This document shows positions 27,991 to 38,018 of a stretch of 64,000 bases of DNA, in pieces. Source of the DNA: a virus (Duplodnaviria > Caudoviricetes); IMG/VR virus record IMGVR_UViG_2811995030_000001, positions 1-64,000 of that record, one strand, 5' to 3'. How positions within the stretch are numbered: position 1 is the stretch's first letter; the number at the start of each line of letters is the position of its first letter. The notes under the pieces are model-generated. The model was not told where the DNA came from, did no database searches, and saw nothing but the letters and a program-made list of their open reading frames with translations. The translations under genes were made by a program, and so were the position numbers.

Positions 27991-28743
27991 TTAACCTTCA
28001 AAGATGTAGTCGATATATTGACCGTCACCATTTTGATCTTTAACTTCGTAAACGTCAAAAGTGATTTCAAGGTTAGTTGCTTCAGTTCCACTCATAGTAA
28101 ATGTGAAATTAGCTTGTGGACGTGCTTTACGAACGTGAACGTGGCAAGGATAATCTTGCTCATCTTCTTGGTTACGAGCTAGACCAGTACCATAGATTTC
28201 AACAGCTTTAGGGAACTTAGTTGATTTGATTGATACTTTCTTAGAAGTAACAGGTGTTTTGTATTGGTAGTAAACTACAACTTCAGCACCATCAGGAACA
28301 GGAGTAGTAAGAGTAACTACTTTCTCTGCAACAGAAGTAACTTCTAAAGTTTCACCATTGTCACGAAGTCCTTCTAATTGGAATACTTGAACATCTCCAA
28401 CAGGAGCTTCAGAAAGTGTAACTTCAGGAGCAGTAGAAGCATTAGAAACTACAAGCACTTCACGCTTAAGCATGTCAGCAGCACCTTCAACAACTTCTTC
28501 TCCTGCAAGCAATGCGATCATTTTTAAGTCAACAAGTGGTACAGTTACTTGGAAAGTAGATGTACGGCTGTGGTCAAATGACATTTGTTTAGCATTACCA
28601 CGACCACCAGTTAAGTCAAGACGCTCTGCTTGGTTTTCATTTGATGTAGCTGTTGCATAGTCTACATAGAATAATGGTTTCTTTGTAGCAAAGTCTAAAA
28701 CGTTTAAATCAAGAACCTCTTTAATACCATGTTGTAAACCCAT
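27991..28743 (-). CDS. major tail tube protein
   Basis: HGIKEVLDL...TGGRGN...FTFTMSG...ITFDV pattern; high-expression codon usage; start placed at the ATG after the GGAGG RBS. Confidence 0.7.
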   Translation of the reverse strand: MGLQHGIKEVLDLNVLDFATKKPLFYVDYATATSNENQAERLDLTGGRGNAKQMSFDHSRTSTFQVTVPLVDLKMIALLAGEEVVEGAADMLKREVLVVSNASTAPEVTLSEAPVGDVQVFQLEGLRDNGETLEVTSVAEKVVTLTTPVPDGAEVVVYYQYKTPVTSKKVSIKSTKFPKAVEIYGTGLARNQEDEQDYPCHVHVRKARPQANFTFTMSGTEATNLEITFDVYEVKDQNGDGQYIDYIFEG

Positions 28744-28769
28744 TAATAATTCCTCCAATATAATTTAAT

Positions 28770-29504
28770 TTATGTATTTATTTTTGAAGCCCAATGCGAC
28801 TCTTGAAAATCTTTTGCAAAATCTTCACTAGCAGCATGAGGCAACATTAACCTATTAGTCTCATAAGTATCTTTCATCTGTAGACGAATGAAACTCATGT
28901 AAAGCTGATAAACTGTTAAATCCCACACTTTGAAGGGGTCAAGATTCTCTGCATAACAAGCTACAATTTCCGTAATATCTAATAAGCTAAGAGTTTTCTT
29001 CTTGTCTTTTTCTTGTTGACGTTTAGCAATTTTCTCTTTAGCTTTTCGCATACGTTCTAATAGTTCTTGAGCTTTACTATTAGCAGGTTTTTTCTTATCC
29101 ATTGCCTTATCATCAACAAAATTTTGCTTCTTGATAATGTCACGAATATAAATTAAATCCTCTTCAGTTATAGGGACAGTCTCATCTTCAGCAACAACAT
29201 AAAAAAATCCACCTTCTAAATTAAAGTGGACTTCCTGTTTAATAAAAAATGATAGAGACTGCAAGAAAATTTCTTTAAACTCAGGTGATTCACTAACAAG
29301 TGCTAATAGTAATTTATAGTCATCCATAGACATAACTTCTGGATTTCCATCAGCTAATAGCGATTTGTTAAATAATACATTACTAAGAAAAGTATTGTAT
29401 AAGTTCTCTCCAACTTCCTCAATTTCTCCAATTGTGATACAGTGAACATTTATAAACCGATTAATAGGGTAGGGAGTACCTCTAAATATTGAGAGATCGC
29501 TCAT
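28770..29504 (-). CDS. conserved virion morphogenesis protein
   Basis: Head-tail region synteny; WDLTVYQLY motif; start placed at the second Met. Confidence 0.55.
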   Translation of the reverse strand: MSDLSIFRGTPYPINRFINVHCITIGEIEEVGENLYNTFLSNVLFNKSLLADGNPEVMSMDDYKLLLALVSESPEFKEIFLQSLSFFIKQEVHFNLEGGFFYVVAEDETVPITEEDLIYIRDIIKKQNFVDDKAMDKKKPANSKAQELLERMRKAKEKIAKRQQEKDKKKTLSLLDITEIVACYAENLDPFKVWDLTVYQLYMSFIRLQMKDTYETNRLMLPHAASEDFAKDFQESHWASKINT

Positions 29505-29989
29505 TATTTCTTCCATCTCCCAACTTTACAAATCATTCTATACCCAACATAACCAGTAGGGGAATTAGCTATATTAGCAATGCTAACAATTTCTACTTTT
29601 CCTATACCTGCAACACGCTCACCAATTAGTAATTTACTGAGTTTAGTTATAATTCTTAGAGAACGTATATCTGTCTTTTCAAACTCTTTAATATGACTAT
29701 ACACATCAAGGACAATGCTCTGATCCATAATTGCTTCATTATTAGGAGTAGCTACTCCTAAATATAAACAAATGCGACAGATGGCCTTATTACTAAGATC
29801 ATTAGTCTGAGGTGCAAGAACTAGTCTGTCATCAAGTATTTCACCAAAATCATCATCGGAATGTACATTTGGCAATTCTTCACTTAAAGGCTCATAAGTA
29901 GGATAGTAGAGGTAACGAAAAAGTTGTTCATCATCAGCTAATTTGTTATATACATCAGAAAATAAATCAGCTAGTTGCATCTTCAACAA
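29504..29989 (-). CDS. putative tail terminator / head-tail connector
   Basis: Synteny, size and overlaps with neighbouring genes. Confidence 0.5.
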   Translation of the reverse strand: MLKMQLADLFSDVYNKLADDEQLFRYLYYPTYEPLSEELPNVHSDDDFGEILDDRLVLAPQTNDLSNKAICRICLYLGVATPNNEAIMDQSIVLDVYSHIKEFEKTDIRSLRIITKLSKLLIGERVAGIGKVEIVSIANIANSPTGYVGYRMICKVGRWKK

Positions 29990-30635
29990 CCTCTCTTTCT
30001 ACTGTCAACTTAATAATCCCTTTACCTTCATACGAATTAGTCCAATCAATGTGAATGATTTTGTAATTCTCTTTGTATAAAATCACACTTTCATCTAGTC
30101 TAATATCTTCATGTTCAGTGTAGGGAAGGGTAAGGATTAATTGACCTTCAGGCATATTAATAGCTTCTTGTGTCTTATTGGTAATAATCTTTGACTCAGC
30201 AATACAAGGTATGTAATCTGTCTTGGCCTGTTCAATAACCTCATAAATAGGTTGTTTACGCCAATCTAATTTACCAGTATCAACCCTCACTGATTCTATA
30301 GTTGTAATAGGGAAGAGGTGATTGCAGAAACCAATCTCTGCTTTCTTAAAAATTGCATTAGCTTCAGGCTTAGAAGCTACTAACCAATTCTCATCATTCC
30401 ATTTTAAAGGTGTGCCATAATCAATTAATTCACTATCCGTGTAAACATACTTAGAGTAACCACCACTACTATTAAACCTGTTTTCAATATTAACTCTCAC
30501 TGTCTCTGTTCCAACCAATACATCATAACTTTCAAGACCTCTCAAAGAGCGCTTAAATAGTAGTTTGCCATCATGAATTAATCTGTCATTAGTAGATACA
30601 CCGTAGTAATTGCTATAATCCTTCATCTGTATCAC
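29967..30635 (-). CDS. putative head closure / head-tail joining protein
   Basis: Synteny; beta-rich with YKIIHID motif. Confidence 0.5.
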   Translation of the reverse strand: MIQMKDYSNYYGVSTNDRLIHDGKLLFKRSLRGLESYDVLVGTETVRVNIENRFNSSGGYSKYVYTDSELIDYGTPLKWNDENWLVASKPEANAIFKKAEIGFCNHLFPITTIESVRVDTGKLDWRKQPIYEVIEQAKTDYIPCIAESKIITNKTQEAINMPEGQLILTLPYTEHEDIRLDESVILYKENYKIIHIDWTNSYEGKGIIKLTVEREVVEDATS

Positions 30636-30846
30636 TCATGATTAATTTTTCATGTAGTCTACTAATTTCAGCACTAACTGTGAGAATATCATCTCGAATT
30701 TTCATTAATGTATCATCGGAAAGAAGGGGAGAGCCAATATATTTTTCAAGGGTATATAGAGTGGAATTGTTCTTCTTACTAAGCAATGAACAGTAAGTGT
30801 ATAAATCCATTTCAGCTCCATTGTGTTTGACTTTGTAATTTGTCAT
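30613..30846 (-). CDS. hypothetical protein
   Basis: 77 aa, translationally coupled, GAGGAGG RBS. Confidence 0.6.
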   Translation of the reverse strand: MTNYKVKHNGAEMDLYTYCSLLSKKNNSTLYTLEKYIGSPLLSDDTLMKIRDDILTVSAEISRLHEKLIMSDTDEGL

Positions 30847-31244
30847 AGAAAATCCTCCTCAGTGTTGAGGATAAGTTCATCAATGGTACTCTTACAGTCG
30901 TTAATAAGATATTGAAATGAATTTACTTGATCTTTATAGTTCTTCATACCAATCTCTTTAAGGAAAGGCTGAGAAACAGTCGTATAATAAGTCAATTCAT
31001 TTTTCAATAGAATGAGTCGGATATAGTGAGCTAAAATAAGAAGACTGTCGCCATCCAATTCTTCGCTAAACAGTTCTGTAGAATTATCACCTGTAAGTGT
31101 GGTTCTTAGCCTATTGTTGAAGTGTAAAAGAGCATTATTTAAGCAATCATAGATTTTATCTTCTGTTGTAGGAACAGATATATCTTCAGTCTTACAGTTA
31201 TTTAGAAATACAGTCCAAACTGTATCATAGGAGGTCATTTTCAT
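30843..31244 (-). CDS. putative head-tail adaptor
   Basis: Helical 133-aa protein downstream of the capsid genes. Confidence 0.5.
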   Translation of the reverse strand: MKMTSYDTVWTVFLNNCKTEDISVPTTEDKIYDCLNNALLHFNNRLRTTLTGDNSTELFSEELDGDSLLILAHYIRLILLKNELTYYTTVSQPFLKEIGMKNYKDQVNSFQYLINDCKSTIDELILNTEEDFL

Positions 31245-31251
31245 TCACTCC

Positions 31252-31719
31252 TTATTCTTCTGAGAATAAAATATCTTGTTTAATACCATACCATTCTGCA
31301 AGGAATTTTAATTTAGCATTACTGTCTAATTTAATTTCTTTAGCTACATCAATAATGAATTTCTTTTCATCCTTATTTGTAACTTTATTTAGCACAGATT
31401 TCATCTTATTAAAGTTTCCTTCCAATGCAGAAATAACTTCTTCTTTAGAGTGTGAATTGTTTTCATAGGCTTCTTTATCGTCAATATTTTCAACAGCTTG
31501 CTTAGCTTCTTCAGTATCTTCGATAATTTTTAATTCACCTTCACGGAAGCAAATACTATTCATTAGTAACCAATCTACTACTTCTTCAGGAATTGGTTTA
31601 ATGTCAGCTTTTTTACCTTTTACGCCAGTCCATTTATAAGTTTTCATTCCACCGTTAGTTGTGAAGTTTACTGTGTAAGGTGTATTGCGATAACGAGCAA
31701 TTTTAATTTCTTTTCCCAT
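31252..31719 (-). CDS. conserved head-module protein
   Basis: 155 aa, strong RBS, immediately after the capsid gene. Confidence 0.6.
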   Translation of the reverse strand: MGKEIKIARYRNTPYTVNFTTNGGMKTYKWTGVKGKKADIKPIPEEVVDWLLMNSICFREGELKIIEDTEEAKQAVENIDDKEAYENNSHSKEEVISALEGNFNKMKSVLNKVTNKDEKKFIIDVAKEIKLDSNAKLKFLAEWYGIKQDILFSEE

Positions 31720-31750
31720 GTATTAAATCTCCTCCTAATAATCCTTAAAA

Positions 31751-31781
31751 TAATAAAATAGGAGAGACGTTAATCTCTCCT
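31751..31781 (-). terminator. intrinsic terminator after the capsid gene
   Basis: AGGAGAGA-CGTTAA-TCTCTCCT hairpin plus T-rich tail. Confidence 0.65.
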
Positions 31782-31796
31782 TGAATTAGTTATGTA

Positions 31797-32813
31797 TTAA
31801 AGTGCTACACTAGTATTTTCAGTTACTACACCAATAGCTTGACCGTAGATAAGTTGGATGTCAGCATCTTGAGCAAGTTTGATTTTGATACGCTCATCTT
31901 CAATATCTTGCTCAGTCATTTGACGAAGACCACCAAATTCAGTAAGTACGAATGGTTTTTGAGTTCCGCCACCAGCGAACATATAGCCTTTGTTTACAGG
32001 AAGCTCAACTTTGCTATTACGCTCATCAGTGAATGGGTTAACAAGGTTGAAAGCATCTGAACGACCAATAGTAGAAGGGTTAAGACTAGTAAGCAACTCT
32101 TCACGGATATTGTCAGTTAAAAGGTTTTTGTATGTAGCATCTGTAGCTTGTTGCATAGCGAAATGGTCAATAAGTAGAGTATCCGCTACGAATAGTGGAC
32201 GACCACCATAACGACCTAGAGTGGAAGCTAATTTGTTATAATCAGCTAGAGCCAAGTTGTCTCCAGAAAGGATGTTAGCTGTTGGAATTTCTCCACTAGC
32301 AGTAGCAGTAGCAGTAAGTTGTGCGATAGCGTCTAGATAAAGACGAACTTTAGCATTAGCAATATCTTGAGTTAGAGTACGGATAGACGCTTCAGCATCT
32401 TCAACCATACCAAATGGCTCATAGTAGAAACCAGTAGTGAATGTTTTAGGTACAGCTACATCGAACTTTTTACCTTCAACACGAACTAGATCTACGCCTG
32501 AACCGTTAGCAGACCAACGTACTTTAGCCTTGTTTTTAGTTGGGATTTCATATTTAATTACTTGATCTCTACGAGCATTCTTTGTGCTTGCAAAAATACC
32601 AATCATATTAGTTACAATCGGTTTAGCGATTTCATCAGCTTTTTGAACTACAAGGTTGTTAAATTGATGAAGAAGAGAAGGGTCAGGATTGAATTCTCCT
32701 GTACCAAATACTCGTGTAGCAAACTCACGAATATGTTGAGAATCTTTTTCTTCCATTTTGTCGTCAATTACACGAGAGAATAACCCTCTTAGTTTATCTG
32801 TACTTAAAGTCAT
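31797..32813 (-). CDS. major capsid protein (SPbeta YonB-like)
   Basis: 338 aa, high-expression codon usage, positioned after the scaffold and decoration genes. Confidence 0.75.
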   Translation of the reverse strand: MTLSTDKLRGLFSRVIDDKMEEKDSQHIREFATRVFGTGEFNPDPSLLHQFNNLVVQKADEIAKPIVTNMIGIFASTKNARRDQVIKYEIPTKNKAKVRWSANGSGVDLVRVEGKKFDVAVPKTFTTGFYYEPFGMVEDAEASIRTLTQDIANAKVRLYLDAIAQLTATATASGEIPTANILSGDNLALADYNKLASTLGRYGGRPLFVADTLLIDHFAMQQATDATYKNLLTDNIREELLTSLNPSTIGRSDAFNLVNPFTDERNSKVELPVNKGYMFAGGGTQKPFVLTEFGGLRQMTEQDIEDERIKIKLAQDADIQLIYGQAIGVVTENTSVAL

Positions 32814-32868
32814 TTAAATTTCCTCCTAAAATATAATGAATATATGTAATTTATTTTTTTAATTTTAA

Positions 32869-33399
32869 TTAAGCTTCGATTACTTCAAAACGAACCTGTT
32901 CTTTACCATTTGTGTACTCTAGGTCATCTTCGTTAGAAACAACTTCAAATTTAGCAGAAGCAGTTGCATAATCAACATGTGAACCGTCATGAATACGGAA
33001 TTTCTTAGCTGCTACATCCCAATGAGCCTTTTGGCCATTAGTAACTTTTGGAGCTGTTGCATCTAGCACAAAAGCAGAAGAATCAAAACGAGTATAAGCT
33101 GCTTCTAAAACAACGATACGAGCACGATCTCCAACACCATTATAGAAGTCTACAAGTTGCTCTCCCAAATAACGGTCTTCTGGAGTTGCGATAAGATAAG
33201 ATTTCTTAGCTACATCTGAAAGTTGTTTGCAAGTACGTTCACCTTCAGCGTTATATCCTAACTCCACAAGTGTGAAGTTATCAACATCTGCACCTACAAC
33301 AATTGCACCATGAGCAACTGTTTTTACCTTCAGGCTGTTTAAATTTCCAATTTCGTGATTACCAACTTCTGTTAAAGCTTTCATGTGACGAGTAGTCAT
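32869..33399 (-). CDS. capsid decoration/minor head protein
   Basis: 176 aa between scaffold and capsid genes; high-expression codon usage. Confidence 0.55.
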   Translation of the reverse strand: MTTRHMKALTEVGNHEIGNLNSLKVKTVAHGAIVVGADVDNFTLVELGYNAEGERTCKQLSDVAKKSYLIATPEDRYLGEQLVDFYNGVGDRARIVVLEAAYTRFDSSAFVLDATAPKVTNGQKAHWDVAAKKFRIHDGSHVDYATASAKFEVVSNEDDLEYTNGKEQVRFEVIEA

Positions 33400-33434
33400 G
33401 TATTACACTCTCCTTGTTTTTATAATTTATTTTA

Positions 33435-34874
33435 TTAAATAGAATATAAGCTATCGAAATCGTCTTCATCAGCAATGAGATTTTCTCGCTTGCTAGACAA
33501 TTCACGAATAACTTGATTTTCTACTTTTTCCTCTTTAACTGGTACTTGCACTAAATCAACAAGTTTTGTATTAAGTTGTAAAACTGCTTCATTATTATCT
33601 TTAGCTGCTTCAGCAATAAGTGATTGAATTTCCTCTTTCGCAAACTCTTCTTCTGCATTTACAGCTTCAAATTTAGCAGAGTAGTATTCTTTCTTTTCGC
33701 TAAGTTTCTTTTCAAACTGTTCTTGCTCATATTTCTCTTTGAAAGGAGAAAGGGTATCAATTTCAGAATTAAGCTTAATTAATTTTTCACTAGCATCATT
33801 AAACTGTACTTCCAATTCAGACTTAGCAATCTCTAAATCTTTTACAGACTTAGTAGCTTCATTGAGTTGAGTTTGAGCTTCTTCGTGAGTTTCTTTAAGT
33901 TCTTTAAGTTCATTTTGAATCTGTTCAAATTGTGTAACCTCAACCCAATCACGTTTTAAAAACACCTCTGTTTTTGAATCAAAGTTGATAGAAACAGCTT
34001 CATCATTTTTAGAGTACTCATACTTATAATAGTGGTAACCCTCTGATGAATCTAATTCAACAATAAAATAACCTTCATATACGTCAGTAATCCAAGAATA
34101 TACACCTTCACCTAATGTCGGGTCTAACTGACCGTATAGAAGGGTGCGAACATCTGAATGTGACAATTCAAACACTTTCTTAAACATATCTTCACCTTCC
34201 TTAGTTGTATCTTGATTAATAGCTTGAGCTACTAATTGTCTAAATTCATTTACTTCATTGAGACTTAATAGTTTGGCAGAATCATAGGCAGGATTAACAA
34301 TTGCATGATCTCCACGCTGCTCAGAGTTTAATACACAATGTCCTTCAAAATAGACAGGGGATTGTAAGTATTCAACACCTTCTACAAATGTGTAATTCTT
34401 GTAAAGTAATTCACAACTTGTATTAATGTTAACTCCACGGTTAAACCATTCAACGATTAAATCACAAGCATCAGAGAATCTTGTTTTCCACAGAATAGCG
34501 TCTGCTGCCAATACTTTCTTTTCAGCACCATTCTCATCTAGAATAGTTGTGATATATCCATTGGACATAAATGTACCAATAGGAGTAGTATCAAACTGAA
34601 CATCCAATTCTCCGTGTTTATTAGTTCCTAAAGAAGCTTCATGTCCACCTAATGCATCAGTAGATGTATTGAAATCTTCAACTTCATGGTACTTTGTAAC
34701 AATAGGTTTTCCCATAATAGTTTCAGCAATCTCTAAAGCTAATTCTTCCTCAATAACAGTATTGTTGTGGGATTTCTCAAAATCAAAAATTGAAAATGTA
34801 CACTTTAATTGAGTTGGATCATCTGTTTCAACAATGTTATTTAGTTGTAAATTCCAAAGCTTTCTTTTATCCAC
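33435..34874 (-). CDS. prohead protease/scaffold protein (SPbeta YonD-like)
   Basis: Protease-like N-terminus (GKPIV, LGGHE, TSCE) followed by an acidic coiled-coil scaffold. Confidence 0.7.
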   Translation of the reverse strand: MDKRKLWNLQLNNIVETDDPTQLKCTFSIFDFEKSHNNTVIEEELALEIAETIMGKPIVTKYHEVEDFNTSTDALGGHEASLGTNKHGELDVQFDTTPIGTFMSNGYITTILDENGAEKKVLAADAILWKTRFSDACDLIVEWFNRGVNINTSCELLYKNYTFVEGVEYLQSPVYFEGHCVLNSEQRGDHAIVNPAYDSAKLLSLNEVNEFRQLVAQAINQDTTKEGEDMFKKVFELSHSDVRTLLYGQLDPTLGEGVYSWITDVYEGYFIVELDSSEGYHYYKYEYSKNDEAVSINFDSKTEVFLKRDWVEVTQFEQIQNELKELKETHEEAQTQLNEATKSVKDLEIAKSELEVQFNDASEKLIKLNSEIDTLSPFKEKYEQEQFEKKLSEKKEYYSAKFEAVNAEEEFAKEEIQSLIAEAAKDNNEAVLQLNTKLVDLVQVPVKEEKVENQVIRELSSKRENLIADEDDFDSLYSI

Positions 34875-34881
34875 TTATTTT

Positions 34882-36255
34882 TCACCTCCTTATGGGAAGA
34901 GATAGATTGCATTTAGACATGAAAAAAGACGTTAATTTATTTCTAACGCCTTCATACTTATCCTTTAAATCTTCAGGATATATTCCTATATAGTGGATAT
35001 CGGGATTACTTTGATAATAATGACTTTTTCGTTTAGTTTTTCTAACATAAGTTTTAACAAGATCATCATCATACTCTTCATGGTACAATCCGTAAAATTC
35101 AATATATAAAGGTTTATCTAGCAAAGGAAAATCTTTATTGTCTAAAAAGAAGTCAGGACAATACCACTCTTTATGTTCATTGTTGTAAAAAATCTTTTTT
35201 CGTTTAGAACCTATACCTTGAATGGATTTTAAGTTTAAGTCGGAATACAGAAAATCAAAGACCTCTTTCTCCTGAAAAGAGTCGCATTTGGTAACTCCGT
35301 CTGCTCCAAAAAAGGTTTTAAAGTCTTTTTCCTCTAGATTGAAGTTTGGAAATAAGCCGTTTATCCATTCTGAAAAAGAGTTGTAGTGTTTATGACGATA
35401 TATGCAATTATATAAAGAAATTTTTCCGTTATCTCTGAGCGCATCACAAGTAAACAAGGCAGGTAGTTGTTGCTTAGGTGATTCTAGGCTTGGTAATAAA
35501 GAATCTATATACTGCTTCATTTCTCTATCCACATTCGCTTTAACTTTCCAGTAGTTCCCTTTCTTCACCTTGAAGTCACATTCTGACGTGGTTATTTCTT
35601 TTTTGTTTAAAAACCATATTAATAACTTTCGCATATCACCGAACTTGTTGACTAAAGAATCTAATTTATATTCTTTTTGAATATTCGATAGTGATATCTG
35701 GCTGTTTAAAATATCTTGTATTGGATATTTCATTAGTACAGCTTCCATAACCCTCTCTATCTCTTCCTCTTTCCAAAAGGCAGTTCCCATACATCTTTTT
35801 CTAAGTATAGCCGTATCTTTGTCAGAGTAAAAATTTTTAATAAATTCTAAAAGACTTCCGCTGTGTTTATAGATACATGTTAATTTATAATCTTTGATTA
35901 AATTTGTAGAAAGCTCATTAATATCCTTAATCCCAATCACATTAAATGCTACATAATCCACTAGTTCTCTCATATTGTCCTTAATATTAATTTCATCAGG
36001 AAGCCTACTCAGATTTTTGCCATTGGGAGTTCCGTAATAAATAAACTTCCACCACTCTATAGGGGAGTATGTTTTAAAGTAATCTTCATTTAAAATTATT
36101 CCATACTTATTTTTGTATTTCCCAATGTTTCTGCGAACAGTGTTGCAATTTAAGCATATTCTCCTTAATCCAAATCGTCTATTCTTATCTGAAGTGAAAT
36201 AGTCTGCATTAAAGGGTAAAGATTGGTTACATTTACTACAATTAACGTTTTTCAT
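34882..36255 (-). CDS. free-standing Zn-finger PD-(D/E)XK endonuclease
   Basis: N-terminal CSKC...CLNC; C-terminal DSFQE...PDFFL...YIEFYG. Confidence 0.65.
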   Translation of the reverse strand: MKNVNCSKCNQSLPFNADYFTSDKNRRFGLRRICLNCNTVRRNIGKYKNKYGIILNEDYFKTYSPIEWWKFIYYGTPNGKNLSRLPDEINIKDNMRELVDYVAFNVIGIKDINELSTNLIKDYKLTCIYKHSGSLLEFIKNFYSDKDTAILRKRCMGTAFWKEEEIERVMEAVLMKYPIQDILNSQISLSNIQKEYKLDSLVNKFGDMRKLLIWFLNKKEITTSECDFKVKKGNYWKVKANVDREMKQYIDSLLPSLESPKQQLPALFTCDALRDNGKISLYNCIYRHKHYNSFSEWINGLFPNFNLEEKDFKTFFGADGVTKCDSFQEKEVFDFLYSDLNLKSIQGIGSKRKKIFYNNEHKEWYCPDFFLDNKDFPLLDKPLYIEFYGLYHEEYDDDLVKTYVRKTKRKSHYYQSNPDIHYIGIYPEDLKDKYEGVRNKLTSFFMSKCNLSLPIRR

Positions 36256-36287
36256 AATATCATCCTTTGTAAAATATAAAAGCGAAC

Positions 36288-36452
36288 TTAATAACCTCTT
36301 CTATTTTTGAGGTAAGTATTTAATTTATCACTTCCCTCAAACACCCAGAAGTTACGCTTGGTCTTAAAGTGTTGTGCTTGATGAATATACTGTATTCCTT
36401 CAAGCAATAATTCTTTCTTCAACTTAGGAGAGTAGCAGTAGAATAATTTCAA
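36288..36452 (-). CDS. small hypothetical protein, 54 aa
   Basis: Manually translated TTG start MKLFYCYSPKLKKELLLEGIQYIHQAQHFKTKRNFWVFEGSDKLNTYLKNRRGY with GAGGTG RBS; missing from the ORF track. Confidence 0.65.
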   Translation of the reverse strand: MKLFYCYSPKLKKELLLEGIQYIHQAQHFKTKRNFWVFEGSDKLNTYLKNRRGY

Positions 36453-36470
36453 AGATTAAACTCACCTCTT

Positions 36471-37988
36471 TTATTCAGGTAATGAATTACTATCATTCTC
36501 TTTGCTTTTAATAGTGTTTTCATTCTGACTTTCTATTTCGGGTCTCCCATCTTCCTCTTGACCTGTAGAGGTATAAGCAGAAGCATACGGTTTGATTTTC
36601 TCTTGAAGTTTTAACACTTCTTGTTCATATACAGATTGTTCAATGTATTCATCGAAGTTTATTCCGCTTACCATATCAACAATAGGTTTCAAAGCAAATC
36701 CTTCTTGCGTATGTAATTTAAGCAATACATCAATCTTCTCTTTAAGTGTCAAAGGTTGCTCTTTGTCATAAGTTAGTGTGAAGTTGTCAGTTTGATTAGA
36801 AGGGAGGACGATGTTAAATAATTTTGCATAAATCCTTTCAATATCTTCTAACAAATCCCCAATCTTCTTATAGAGAACATCAATGTTGATTTTTGCAGAA
36901 GCAAAGTTAGAGCCTGTTCCATTTAACAGGCTTTGTGAAAGTCCATAACTAGATGTAATATCATGGTTGATTGAGTCAAACTTCTTAGGATCTAGGCTGT
37001 TTCCGCTTTTAATGTCAGGGAATTCAATGTCAGCAAATTCAGGAATAGTAACAACAGTAATTCCGTCTTTACTATTCTTCTCTAAAGCACCTTTAACTCC
37101 TGAGTGGATTTTCTTTTTAACTCCTTTAGGTAGCTTCATATTTGCATATTGACCATCATTAGCTTCACTACCAACTTTTAACACAGCAACAGCATTAATA
37201 ATTTTGTTGGCTACGGCCTTCTCTAAATCTTTAAGTTTCTTCTTGTGAAGGATGTCATACATTCCTTGTGTAATCCAACTTACCCCACGATTTTGTGAAC
37301 GTTTAAGAGTATGCGTTCTAATTACTCCTGTGCGCTCTTGAGGTAGGTCAATATATTTATACTGACTTTTTGTGGAGTTGCTTTTATAACGTTGGTAATC
37401 CTTATCTGTGATGTAAGGAGAGAGATTTTCTAATGTGACAGTTCTCATATAATCTGTCATTGTGTCAAACCAACTCATATCAACAGTAACTTGCCATTCT
37501 CCTTGCAATCTATGAGAAGGGAACACGTAATCCAAATCATCAAAAATGTAAAAGTAAGGATTCTTACTGTCTCCTAACCAAATACCACAGAGAGTTCCAG
37601 AAGTTATTGTTTGAGAAATCATATCTCGTGTTAAGGTTTTATGACCAATTTTGTAAAGAAGCTTATTAATGTTGCCCATATGTTTTTCATAGGATTTGTT
37701 TTTCTCAAAGACATCCAATTTATAATTTAAAGTAGGAAGGACTCTAGTAATGTCTAGTAATTGAAAAATCTCACCGTTTGTAATGTAATAGTATTGGGCG
37801 ATATTTTCAATTTCCTTTTGGAAAGCATCGGGATTGGAAAACCACTGTTTAAGTTTCTTACTGTCAACTTCTGTAACAATGCCGTCAGAGAATAACTTAG
37901 AAACAAATCCATCTACATAAGTGTTGATATAATCCTTATACTCATTAATACTTCGATCATAATTTTCTTGTGTAAAATCCTCACTCAC
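36471..37988 (-). CDS. portal protein (SPbeta YonE-like)
   Basis: 505 aa after the terminase; ITSSYGLSQSLLNG..NFAS motif; C-terminal DGRP. Confidence 0.8.
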   Translation of the reverse strand: MSEDFTQENYDRSINEYKDYINTYVDGFVSKLFSDGIVTEVDSKKLKQWFSNPDAFQKEIENIAQYYYITNGEIFQLLDITRVLPTLNYKLDVFEKNKSYEKHMGNINKLLYKIGHKTLTRDMISQTITSGTLCGIWLGDSKNPYFYIFDDLDYVFPSHRLQGEWQVTVDMSWFDTMTDYMRTVTLENLSPYITDKDYQRYKSNSTKSQYKYIDLPQERTGVIRTHTLKRSQNRGVSWITQGMYDILHKKKLKDLEKAVANKIINAVAVLKVGSEANDGQYANMKLPKGVKKKIHSGVKGALEKNSKDGITVVTIPEFADIEFPDIKSGNSLDPKKFDSINHDITSSYGLSQSLLNGTGSNFASAKINIDVLYKKIGDLLEDIERIYAKLFNIVLPSNQTDNFTLTYDKEQPLTLKEKIDVLLKLHTQEGFALKPIVDMVSGINFDEYIEQSVYEQEVLKLQEKIKPYASAYTSTGQEEDGRPEIESQNENTIKSKENDSNSLPE

Positions 37989-38018
37989 TCAAACACCTCC
38001 TTTGTATTTTATTTATGT

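Noticed and set aside
34875-36470. Group I intron surrounding the endonuclease between portal and protease
   Set aside because: Flanking genes are intact with their own starts and stops, no P/Q/R/S elements seen, and the gap holds a small ORF
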